The position numbers were made by a program, and so were the translations under genes. A stretch of 64,000 nt of DNA from NCBI GenBank assembly GCA_013044165.1, contig JABEVB010000177.1, forward strand, positions 821-64,820. Reading direction: 5' to 3'. How positions within the stretch are numbered: position 1 is the first letter of the stretch; each line of letters opens with the position of its first letter. Below are positions 39,173 through 48,148 of this stretch, piece after piece. The notes under the pieces are model-generated. The model was not told where the DNA came from, did not search any database, and was given only the letters and a program-made list of their open reading frames with translations. The DNA is from Phycisphaerales bacterium. GTDB lineage: Bacteria; Planctomycetota; Phycisphaerae; WQYP01.

Positions 39173-41305
39173 TTACCAGCCCGCCATGTGGGCATAGAGC
39201 ATAAGCGCCCCGAGAATAAGCGCTGTGAGCATAATAACAAGGACGATGCGACGCCAGTCTTTCTTGGTTGCCAGAACGCGCGGCGCCCGATTGCCGACGC
39301 TCAAGCACGCCGGATCGGTCATTGGCCCCGTAACTCGTGCGTCCAAGGTGGCAAGCATCAGCCCTATGCCCCGAAATCCCAGCGCCATAATCATGAGCAC
39401 CCAGCTCAAAAGGAGCCGGTCAACAAACGAAGTCATACGTGCTGCGAGCGCCGCACCGCCCGCGATAATTGTTTCAGCAAGCTCCCTGAAAAACATGCCT
39501 CGATAAAGCCACATATAGAGTAAATTGACGCCTGGAAAACGTCGGATTTTATCAGCCAGCGCTAAGCCGCCGGCATATACGGAAATAATCGCAATGGGGC
39601 CCAATACAAACGCCCATTTCACGTTGGCGAGCACAGCCAATCCGATCGAATGTCCTGCATCCTGGGGTATGGGTGCGATCATTCCCTCCGGTGCAGACCG
39701 AGCGAGAATGGTCTTTATTTCCACAACAGGATGGCTTATAAAAACCGCCAACGTTGCCACCACAAGTAAAGGCAGCGTCAGCTTTGCCGAATCACCGGCG
39801 ATGTCCCCGGCCCCAGGATTGCGAGTTTGACCGCCAAAAATTAGCCACCACCATCGCCACAATACCACAGACAGCAATATCCAGGCGCACACCGGAAGCC
39901 AGAAGAGCAACCAACCATAGTGTCGCATGGCAGATGCGTAGTCGTACAGAGCGGTAACCCCGGGCGGAACTGCAAGTCCGCCGGCGAGATAGATGGTACC
40001 GGTTAACACCATCACAATTATTAACGAAAGCCCCGCGGTGATCGGGATTCGTCGGGCCAGGCCGCCAAGTCGTCGAAGGTCGCGCTCGCCGCGTGTAGAG
40101 TTAAGAGCGGAGCCGGCACATAAAAATAACCCTGCAAAAGCGACGGTGTTGATGAGGGCATAAAGCAGAGCCGCGCTGTAATCTCCAACCCCAAAGAATA
40201 GAAATGTAAACCCACTCATGGCTAAGGAAGTCCAGCAAAGTACCTTTTTTAGATCGCTTTGCACCAAGGCTACCAACAGCCCCGTCACGAGGCTTGTGCA
40301 GCCTATGATGGCCAGCACCAAGCGTACATCAAGCGTCAGCACGGGATACACCCGCGCCAGCAAAAAAGCGCCGGAGCCAGACACCATCGCCCCCTGAAGA
40401 ATCGCGTTAAAAGGAGCTGGCGCATCAACCGACTCCGCTGGCCAGAACTGAAATGGAAATTGAGCCGAGAGTCCGGCTGCCGCCACCACAAACAACAATC
40501 CACTACAATTAAGCCAGTCAAAACCCCAGAACAGATGATGCGTGTGATAGTGCAGCAAGCCCGAGGGAGTTGGCGTCTGAACCAACTGCATAAGCGAAAT
40601 TCCCAGTGACTTGTGCCCCTCCTGATTGAACAGGTCAAGCATTGCGAAGCTACCGTGAAGAGCCAGCATTGCACACCCCGCAACGGCCGACAGACCGGCA
40701 AGCAGCAACATCAGAAAAAAGTGGCTGGAGCCAAGCCGACGGGCTGCATCACGAGGAGTCGCAATCTCGCAAATCAGGTAAATACATAGCGCCCCGATGC
40801 CCCACAAGATGATCATTTCCAGTAAATTGCTGGAGATCACAGCGGCCAGCAAGCTGAAGCCAAGCATACTAAGCAGCGAATAGAGCAGAGGTCCCGCACG
40901 TTGCGGATGCAAATAGCCCATCGAAAAGATATGGATTGCGACCCCGAGCAGCAAGATGAGTACAAAAAATATAACTGCTATGGAATCGGTGGCAATGCCG
41001 AACGAGAGTCGCCCAAGCTGCTGGAGCGGCTCCACACCGCTTGGTGTGGCTGCATGTGGCTCACCTGACACGATTATAGGCGATAGCCAATGCATGCTAA
41101 TTGATTGGATGCCAACCGGCGAGGCGACGGAATGGTTTAATTGGTAGGCCAGCGACAGAATAGCAAGAGCAAGGCCAACAAATACTGCCGCCAACGGCAC
41201 ATAGGGGACTCCACGACGCAAGCGCTCGGGCGCGGCAAACAAGAGCAAGGATGTTCCGAGCGGCAGGGCTGCCGCCAACGAAAGTAGCTTTGCTAGGTGC
41301 GTCAT
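39173..41305 (-). CDS. Divergent proton-pumping antiporter-like membrane protein (NuoL/MrpA-like, PF00361-like), 710 aa
   Basis: Polytopic. FWPAESVDAPAPFNAILQGAMVSGSGAFLLAR aligns to the NuoL [29 protein letters not shown] core, with the His changed to Gln. No other complex I or Mrp genes nearby. Confidence 0.6.
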   Translation of the reverse strand: MTHLAKLLSLAAALPLGTSLLLFAAPERLRRGVPYVPLAAVFVGLALAILSLAYQLNHSVASPVGIQSISMHWLSPIIVSGEPHAATPSGVEPLQQLGRLSFGIATDSIAVIFFVLILLLGVAIHIFSMGYLHPQRAGPLLYSLLSMLGFSLLAAVISSNLLEMIILWGIGALCIYLICEIATPRDAARRLGSSHFFLMLLLAGLSAVAGCAMLALHGSFAMLDLFNQEGHKSLGISLMQLVQTPTPSGLLHYHTHHLFWGFDWLNCSGLLFVVAAAGLSAQFPFQFWPAESVDAPAPFNAILQGAMVSGSGAFLLARVYPVLTLDVRLVLAIIGCTSLVTGLLVALVQSDLKKVLCWTSLAMSGFTFLFFGVGDYSAALLYALINTVAFAGLFLCAGSALNSTRGERDLRRLGGLARRIPITAGLSLIIVMVLTGTIYLAGGLAVPPGVTALYDYASAMRHYGWLLFWLPVCAWILLSVVLWRWWWLIFGGQTRNPGAGDIAGDSAKLTLPLLVVATLAVFISHPVVEIKTILARSAPEGMIAPIPQDAGHSIGLAVLANVKWAFVLGPIAIISVYAGGLALADKIRRFPGVNLLYMWLYRGMFFRELAETIIAGGAALAARMTSFVDRLLLSWVLMIMALGFRGIGLMLATLDARVTGPMTDPACLSVGNRAPRVLATKKDWRRIVLVIMLTALILGALMLYAHMAGW

Positions 41306-41502
41306 GGAGCCTCAGTTGCAGCTAAGGACAAGCCCTTAACTCGTTTCCAGTCTTCAACGGCCAACTTTGGACGAATTTTACCCGCAAACTGGAGTCGTGG
41401 CCAGAAGGATTTTGCGGCCCGTCTCCTGCGCCAGATGATACAATCTGTTGCGCAATTGATGATTGACACTATTTATAAGTAAACGTAGCATCGTCTCGTA
41501 CG
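41306..41502. promoter_or_regulatory. Divergent intergenic region between the antiporter-like pair (-) and the arabinose operon (+)
   Basis: A 197-bp gap between divergent operons. Likely holds both promoters and possibly a sugar-responsive operator. No motif asserted. Confidence 0.3.
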
Positions 41503-42951
41503 ATGTCCGATTGGCGGACCGTAGCGTCTTGGAGCAAAGTATTAATGGCGACCTTAGGACTCATTGTTGGCAATCGCGGTTTTTTTCCATCTCATTTATG
41601 TGAATCGGGGCGAAAGGAGATTTTGGAAGTGCTCGCCCGCGAGGGCATTTCAGTTGTGGCGCTGCCGATTGATGCGACCACTTATGGAGCGGTTGAGAGC
41701 CATGCGGACGCGCGCAAGTGTGCGGACCTGTTTAAGGCCAACGCCGGAAAAATTGACGGCATACTTGTCACGCTGCCAAATTTTGGCGACGAGCGGGCAG
41801 TTGCCAATACCATACGCTGGTCAGGCTTGAATGTACCGGTGCTGATACATGCCTTCAGTGACGATGGTGCCAAGATGACCATCAAGGATCGTCGCGACAG
41901 TTTTTGCGGCAAGATGTCGGTGTGTAATAACCTGCGGCAATACGGCATTAAGTACTCGCTGACGACTACACATACAATCAGTCCTGATACCCCCGAGTTT
42001 GCAGCCGATTTGCAGCGCTTTGCAGGCACATGCCGGGTGGTGAGAAAGTTGCGAAGCTGCCGACTTGGCGCAATTGGAGCGCGTCCAGGTGCATTTAACA
42101 CCGTTCGCTACAGCGAAAAACTCCTGGAACACAGCGGCATCTCGGTGGAGACGCTTGATCTATCGGAAATTTTGGGTTGGACTGCGAAAATGTCGGATGC
42201 CGACGCGGCAGTTAAGCAGAAGCTTGCCGCCATTCAGCAATACACCGACACAGGTGCCATCCCGCAGTTGCCGGTGATCAAGATGGCCAAACTGGGGGTG
42301 GCGATTGACCGTTGGGTGGAACGAAACGGGCTCGATGCCACCGCAATCCAATGCTGGACTTCACTGGAGGAGTTCTACGGCGTGGTGCCCTGCACGCTCA
42401 TGAGTATGATGTCCAACAGCCTCATGCCCAGCGCCTGCGAGACAGATATTGCCGGCGTGGTCGGCATGTACGCCCTGGTGCTTGCAGCGCAGAGCCCCGC
42501 GGCACTGCTTGACTGGAACAACAATTACGGAAGTGATCGGGAGAAAGGCGTAGTTTTTCACTGCTCCAACCTGCCTAAGGACTTCTTTGAGCATCAGAAA
42601 ATGGATTATCAGGAGATTATTGCCGGCACGGTGGGGCGGGACAATACATATGGCACCATCGTGGGCCGCATCAGTCCGGGGCCATTTACCTATTGCCGCG
42701 TGTCTACCGACGACCTGCGGGGTGGCATCAGCGCCTATTTCGGAGAAGGAACGTTTACCGACGATAAACTTGATACGTTTGGCGGCTATGGCGTCTTTCA
42801 CATCAGGAATCTGCAAAGCTTACTGCAGTACATTTGTAAGCATGGCTTTGAACACCATGTGGCTGCGGTAAAAGCCAAGGTGGCTGGATCACTTGAGGAT
42901 GCTTTGGGCAACTATCTTGGATGGAACACCTATTGTCACGGCGGTGTGTAA
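41503..42951 (+). CDS. L-arabinose isomerase of the fucose-isomerase-like family (atypical AraA)
   Basis: About 480-aa FucI-family-like protein directly upstream of araB and araD in the same orientation. Family assignment from overall pattern, not a strict motif. Confidence 0.55.
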   Translation: MSDWRTVASWSKVLMATLGLIVGNRGFFPSHLCESGRKEILEVLAREGISVVALPIDATTYGAVESHADARKCADLFKANAGKIDGILVTLPNFGDERAVANTIRWSGLNVPVLIHAFSDDGAKMTIKDRRDSFCGKMSVCNNLRQYGIKYSLTTTHTISPDTPEFAADLQRFAGTCRVVRKLRSCRLGAIGARPGAFNTVRYSEKLLEHSGISVETLDLSEILGWTAKMSDADAAVKQKLAAIQQYTDTGAIPQLPVIKMAKLGVAIDRWVERNGLDATAIQCWTSLEEFYGVVPCTLMSMMSNSLMPSACETDIAGVVGMYALVLAAQSPAALLDWNNNYGSDREKGVVFHCSNLPKDFFEHQKMDYQEIIAGTVGRDNTYGTIVGRISPGPFTYCRVSTDDLRGGISAYFGEGTFTDDKLDTFGGYGVFHIRNLQSLLQYICKHGFEHHVAAVKAKVAGSLEDALGNYLGWNTYCHGGV

Positions 42952-43008
42952 CGCATCCAGAAACGAATAGCGCGATAGCGCACACAAAGCGTAAAGGACC
43001 ACTCGGCA

Positions 43009-44676
43009 ATGTCGTCGAATTACGTTATCGGTTTGGACTTCGGCAGCAGTTCTGTCAGGGCACTGCTGGTAGATGCGGCGAATGGCCGGGAATTGGCCGA
43101 GCAATCCTTTGATTATCCGCACGGTCGCTACGGTGTGATTCTCGACAAGAAAAATCCCAATCTTGCCAGGCAACATCCTGCCGACTACCTGCTGGGCATC
43201 AAAAGGACCATTCGGGGCGTGCTTAATAAAGCTCTGCAGACGCGTGGCTTCAGTCGCGATCGGGTCATTGGCATTGGCGTGGACACAACTGGTTCCACGC
43301 CGATGCCGGTTGATACTGCCGGCACACCGCTGGTCATGCTGCCGAAGTTCAGGAACAATCGGGCCGCGCTCGCGTGGCTTTGGAAGGATCATACCAGCCA
43401 TGTGGAGGCGGCCGAAATCACTGAACTAGGGCGCATGATGCGCCCTCATTACATGGCAAAAATCGGTGGGCGATATTCATCGGAGTGGTTTTGGGCAAAG
43501 ATATTGCATTGTGCCCGGACCAGTCCGGAAGTATTTGAGGCCGCCGCGACTTGGGTGGAACTGGCCGACTTTGTACCTGCGCAACTCACTGGAAATGTAA
43601 GGCCAGAACAAATTCGCCGGGGTGTATGTGCGGCCGGACATAAGGCTCTTTTCAGCCACGAGTGGGGCGGCTATGCCGATGACGAATTTCTCGGCAAACT
43701 TGATCCGCGTCTTGTTAAGGTTCGCGGCAGTCTTCCCAGCCAAGTCTTTAATGTGTCTGCTATGGCGGGGAGGTTAACTTCAACCTGGGCGGCAAAACTT
43801 GGCCTTACCGAAAACATTCCGGTAGCGATTGGCGCGTTTGACTGCCATCTGGGCGCAATTGGAGCTGGAATTTCCGACAACACGCTTGTCAAAATCATGG
43901 GCACCTCCACATGCGATATTATGGTAGCTCCAATAGATAAAGGCCTGACCGACATTCCGGGCCTTTGCGGCATTGTGCCCGAATCAGTGCTACCAGGCTA
44001 TTTTGGCCTCGAGGCGGGCCAGTCGGCCGTAGGCGATATCTTTGACTGGTTCGTTAACCGAATCGCTCCGGGAGGACACATTGGGTCCTATGAGTCATTG
44101 ACGCGGATTGCGGGCAAACTTAAACCTGGAGCAAGCGGCCTTCTGGCCTTGGACTGGCATAACGGCAATAGAACTGTGCTCGTGGACCAGCGGCTTACCG
44201 GAGCGATTCTCGGCTTGACGCTTTATTCAACTCCAGCCGAGATATATCGGAGCCTTATAGAAGCTACGGCCTTTGGCTCGCGGGTCATCATGGAGCGACT
44301 GGAAGAATATGGCGTACGCTGCGAGCGAGTTATTAACTGCGGTGGCATCGCGGCAAAAAACCCGCTGATCATGCAGATTTACGCCGACGTGCTGGGGCGC
44401 CCCATTTCTATTTCTCGAAGCAGTCAAACCTGTGCATTGGGTTCCGCTATTGCGGCAGCTGTGGTTTCCGGGGTGCATTCAAACTTTTCAGAAGCGATCG
44501 CATCAATGACGGGCGTTCAAAAACAAGCGTATAAGCCAAAGCCATCCCACGTCGCTGTTTACAACCGACTTTATCGTCAGTACCGCGTGCTGCACGACGC
44601 ATTTGGCGCCGGCGAAGGAGAGATCGCGGGCGTTATGAAGAACCTGTTGATCATTCGCGATGAGGTGCGCCAATGA
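43009..44676 (+). CDS. araB: L-ribulokinase (FGGY carbohydrate kinase)
   Basis: FGGY N-terminus VIGLDFGSSSVRALLVD, about 555 aa as in AraB. Followed by araD with a 4-nt overlap. Confidence 0.8.
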   Translation: MSSNYVIGLDFGSSSVRALLVDAANGRELAEQSFDYPHGRYGVILDKKNPNLARQHPADYLLGIKRTIRGVLNKALQTRGFSRDRVIGIGVDTTGSTPMPVDTAGTPLVMLPKFRNNRAALAWLWKDHTSHVEAAEITELGRMMRPHYMAKIGGRYSSEWFWAKILHCARTSPEVFEAAATWVELADFVPAQLTGNVRPEQIRRGVCAAGHKALFSHEWGGYADDEFLGKLDPRLVKVRGSLPSQVFNVSAMAGRLTSTWAAKLGLTENIPVAIGAFDCHLGAIGAGISDNTLVKIMGTSTCDIMVAPIDKGLTDIPGLCGIVPESVLPGYFGLEAGQSAVGDIFDWFVNRIAPGGHIGSYESLTRIAGKLKPGASGLLALDWHNGNRTVLVDQRLTGAILGLTLYSTPAEIYRSLIEATAFGSRVIMERLEEYGVRCERVINCGGIAAKNPLIMQIYADVLGRPISISRSSQTCALGSAIAAAVVSGVHSNFSEAIASMTGVQKQAYKPKPSHVAVYNRLYRQYRVLHDAFGAGEGEIAGVMKNLLIIRDEVRQ

Positions 44677-45383
44677 GCCGGTTTGAGTCCTTGCGGGCAG
44701 AGGTATGCCGAGTTAACAGGTCGTTGGTCGAAGCGGGTCTTGTGGTGCTGACTTGGGGTAATGCAAGCGGAGTAGATCGTAATGAAGGCGTCGTGGCAAT
44801 TAAGCCCAGCGGCGTGCCTTACGAGCATCTGACGCCTGATGACATGATTATCATTGAGATTGCGTCAGGCGACGTTATTGAGGGCAAAGGACGGCCATCG
44901 TCGGATACACCCACACATTTGCATTTGTATAGAGCATTTAAAGACATCGGTGGCGTGGTGCATACCCATTCAGATTTTGCTACAAGCTTTGCCCAGGCGG
45001 GATGTGACATTCCATGTATGGGAACCACACACGCCGATAATTTTTACGGCGGCATCCCGTGTACGCAGGATATGTCACCCAAAGAAATCGCAGAAAATTA
45101 TGAACTTAATACGGGTCGCCTGATTTCGTCCTGCTTCGAAACTCGCGGTATTAACCCGATTAATACACCCGGAATTTTGGTAAAAAGCCATGCGCCGTTT
45201 GCTTGGGGTTCATCGCCGGCTAAAGCACTTGAGAACGCAATTGTGATGGAATATGCAGCAAAGATGTGCTTACAAACCCTGCAGCTTAATCCACAAGCAG
45301 GTGAGATTGGCAAAGCGCTTATAGAGAAGCATTTTTTTAGAAAACATGGAGCAAATGCTTATTACGGCCAGTCAAACGGATAA
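44673..45383 (+). CDS. araD: L-ribulose-5-phosphate 4-epimerase (class II aldolase/adducin fold)
   Basis: AraD-like GNASGVDR...IKPSG...HTHS metal-binding His motifs. 236 aa. Confidence 0.8.
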   Translation: MSRFESLRAEVCRVNRSLVEAGLVVLTWGNASGVDRNEGVVAIKPSGVPYEHLTPDDMIIIEIASGDVIEGKGRPSSDTPTHLHLYRAFKDIGGVVHTHSDFATSFAQAGCDIPCMGTTHADNFYGGIPCTQDMSPKEIAENYELNTGRLISSCFETRGINPINTPGILVKSHAPFAWGSSPAKALENAIVMEYAAKMCLQTLQLNPQAGEIGKALIEKHFFRKHGANAYYGQSNG

Positions 45384-45535
45384 GGTGGTAAAAGATCAGA
45401 ATCGGCAGCACGGGCGATACCATCCTTGGTTTCCCGGCGACCACATTGATCAATTTAACATAACATACATTATAGGACGTTATAAATTCCATTAATCGGG
45501 TGGTTTGGGCGTATCTAACCTAGATGATCGTTGCC

Positions 45536-46507
45536 TCAAAGCTGCCGGCGGCGGTCTGCCACGACATCATCAATAATCTGCATTAGGTCATATTTCGGTT
45601 CAAAACCGGTCGCATTGTTAAGCTTCGAGACATCTGGCACTCGTCTGGGCATATCCTGAAAGTTTCGGTCGTAGTCCTGGTCGTACGGCACAAGTTGAAT
45701 CGGTGAGCGACTGTGTGTAGCGTGGCGAACCATTTCGGCCAGAGATAATATTGAAACCTCCTGCGTACCGCCAATGTTGTAAACTTCGCCCGCCGCACTT
45801 GGGGACTCCAGCAGTCGCTGTATGGCATCAACGGCGTCGGCTACATGGGTGAAGGTCCGAGTCTGGGATCCATCACCAAACACCGTCATGGGTTGATGAG
45901 TCAGCGCTTGGTCTACCAGTCGCGGCAAAACCATGCCATACGCAGGCGACTGTCGCGGGCCAACAGTGTTAAAAAATCGGCCAATGGTTACCGGAAATGC
46001 GCCTTGATGATGAAAGGCCAAGGCCATGAACTCATCCAAGGCCTTGGAACAAGCATACGACCACCGGCTGACGGACGTTGCGCCCAGAACACAAAAATCG
46101 TCCTCGCGCAGTGGTGCTTTGGTTTGTAAGCCATAGACTTCGCTGGTGCTCGCCAAAAACAGCGGCTTTTCATACTTATGGCAAGCTCTTAGCACATGCT
46201 CTGTGCCGACCACATTCGTCATGATGCTCTGCAGCGGATGATCCAATACATACTTAACGCCAACCGCCGCAGCCAAATGCACCACCACATGGCAGGTTCC
46301 TGCCAACTTTTCCAGCATGGTGTTTTCCATAATGGAGCCGGCGTTAAAATGCAGCGATGGGGACGATTCGAGATGATGCAGGTTACGGCGCGAGCCGGTA
46401 GATTCATCGTCGAGGATATATACCTCGTGGCCATGGCGCAAAAGCGATTCGGTCAGGTGACTACCAATAAAACCTGCCCCACCGGTAATAAAATATCGCG
46501 TCTTCAT
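45536..46507 (-). CDS. NAD-dependent epimerase/dehydratase (extended SDR), UDP-glucuronate decarboxylase/UDP-sugar epimerase-like
   Basis: N-terminal ITGGAGFIGSHL Rossmann motif and a YxxxK catalytic region. 323 aa. Confidence 0.75.
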   Translation of the reverse strand: MKTRYFITGGAGFIGSHLTESLLRHGHEVYILDDESTGSRRNLHHLESSPSLHFNAGSIMENTMLEKLAGTCHVVVHLAAAVGVKYVLDHPLQSIMTNVVGTEHVLRACHKYEKPLFLASTSEVYGLQTKAPLREDDFCVLGATSVSRWSYACSKALDEFMALAFHHQGAFPVTIGRFFNTVGPRQSPAYGMVLPRLVDQALTHQPMTVFGDGSQTRTFTHVADAVDAIQRLLESPSAAGEVYNIGGTQEVSILSLAEMVRHATHSRSPIQLVPYDQDYDRNFQDMPRRVPDVSKLNNATGFEPKYDLMQIIDDVVADRRRQL

Positions 46508-46508
46508 G

Positions 46509-47126
46509 CTACCTCGCGGCGGTGCTTGTTTTTAGTGTGTGCATAAAGAATTGGCGCCGAGCCAGAAGTGTCAGGCGAATTTCATCACCTGCCGATAGAG
46601 CCGCCTTGAAACTTCCTTGAATTCTGGAAGGCCCCAGTGCATCTCTAAAATAACCACTCGCCGCCACGAGACGCAGGTCTCCGTCTTCCAGGGTGGCGTG
46701 CATAAGATGCGATCCTCGGTCGTCGTGCAGACGCACCAAGCCGGCTCCCTCATACATCCCGGCTCCTGTGGGGGTAATGACCATGTATCTGAAGGTGGCA
46801 TTGATGGCCGTCGGCAACAGCGATGTTTCCCCACCCACCGGCCGCCAAAAGACCCGCATCAATAAAATTTGTCGGATGGGCCGCGCCTGCTGCTTCTGCG
46901 GGACCGCGGAAGCTAGATAAAAATAGTATGTGCCAAACCGCGATCGGCGATAAAACGCCCGATCCAGGTGTGGTATAAAAATACGTTGTGTCGCTGCAGC
47001 AAGCGGCCGAATGGTAATCGGCGAACCACCTGAGCAGCCGGCCAAGAAGATGAACAATCCGGCGCAAATGCACCACGCGAGGCAGCGAATGGTCGAGTTG
47101 GTTGGAGATAACAGCAATCGTTTCAT
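46509..47126 (-). CDS. Hypothetical lipoprotein
   Basis: Start trimmed to MKRLLLSP. Signal peptide ending in lipobox-like LAGC. No recognisable domain. Confidence 0.4.
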   Translation of the reverse strand: MKRLLLSPTNSTIRCLAWCICAGLFIFLAGCSGGSPITIRPLAAATQRIFIPHLDRAFYRRSRFGTYYFYLASAVPQKQQARPIRQILLMRVFWRPVGGETSLLPTAINATFRYMVITPTGAGMYEGAGLVRLHDDRGSHLMHATLEDGDLRLVAASGYFRDALGPSRIQGSFKAALSAGDEIRLTLLARRQFFMHTLKTSTAAR

Positions 47127-47193
47127 CACAGTAGCATAATCGCAGCGACTTCGGATGAAAACCTTTCCATGGTAAACGGGCCTTCCTGCAAAC

Positions 47194-47850
47194 TTAGCTA
47201 CCCCGCTTGGCGCTGAACAGTTCACCAAGAACCAGCAAGGCGTTGGTGGCGAGTCGCCACGTCGGATCGCGGGCGGCTTGCTCGCGACCAAGTTTCGCTT
47301 CATACCCTCTGATCATTTCAACGGCGGCGCGACGTGCTTCGGTAGCAAAGCATCCCACGGATTCGACCATCAATGGTTCGAGTCGAAAAGCTTTCCAGCA
47401 CTCCAAATACCGACAAACGAGCCAACCGAGGTCAATCTCTTCTTCCTCGGCAAATAATTCGGTGGACTGAAAAAATGATTGCCAGGCCACGACCGCCCCA
47501 CCAGCATCTCCGGCGATGGCGCGGCGACAAGCCAACTCGCCCCAGCAGAATCGGTCCTGACGTTCGACTCCAGCCTCCCAAATAGCGGTAGCGCCCAGTG
47601 CACTGGCAGGCAACCCCTGACCCAACATGCGCATCCAACCAAGTCGCCAAAACGCCCGTCCATATCCAAGCTTGGCCGCATCCTCAAAATATTCACGAGC
47701 TTCGTCAAAGTCTTTGGCAGTATGCCCCATGCCAAAAAGGGCCTCCTCGCCGCGTTCATACAGTCCTGCGGCCACCTTCCGCCGTTCCTGTCGTTCAAGA
47801 ACCGCGGATACATCGTGGTCTGGGCTACTAACAACCTGAGTCATGGTCAT
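47194..47850 (-). CDS. Hypothetical acidic protein
   Basis: ORF with coding-like composition. One Sel1/TPR-like helix pair (DFDEAREYFEDAAKLGYGRAFWRLGWM). Start trimmed to MTMTQ. Confidence 0.4.
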   Translation of the reverse strand: MTMTQVVSSPDHDVSAVLERQERRKVAAGLYERGEEALFGMGHTAKDFDEAREYFEDAAKLGYGRAFWRLGWMRMLGQGLPASALGATAIWEAGVERQDRFCWGELACRRAIAGDAGGAVVAWQSFFQSTELFAEEEEIDLGWLVCRYLECWKAFRLEPLMVESVGCFATEARRAAVEMIRGYEAKLGREQAARDPTWRLATNALLVLGELFSAKRGS

Positions 47851-48148
47851 AAACCAGTTCGCTAACAACAACCTGAAGAATATTAAGACACCTGTTTTAT
47901 CGGTAAGGTCGAACAGTTAATTAAGTATTGTTCGCTATAAAATATCAGCCTCATGCCAGCCTCTCCATGGCCGGATTTCTAGGACTCTCGCGGTACCTCG
48001 CCTCTTCCACACGAGTAACTGCCGATTAAAATTGAAGGCCGTTAAATACTGCTGCGGCTTGACTAATGCAGGCGACGACCGTTGCAACTCGACGTGTGGG
48101 TTTGATGTGCCTTTGATTAGCGACGTAAAAAGGTTATAGTGGCGAAGG

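Noticed and set aside
37520-41305. Considered calling the antiporter-like pair a DabAB (DAB2) inorganic-carbon pump, or a fragment of complex I or Mrp.
   Set aside because: No DabA (DUF2309) gene and no other nuo or mrp subunits are adjacent. With two PF00361-like genes only, none of those assignments is supported.
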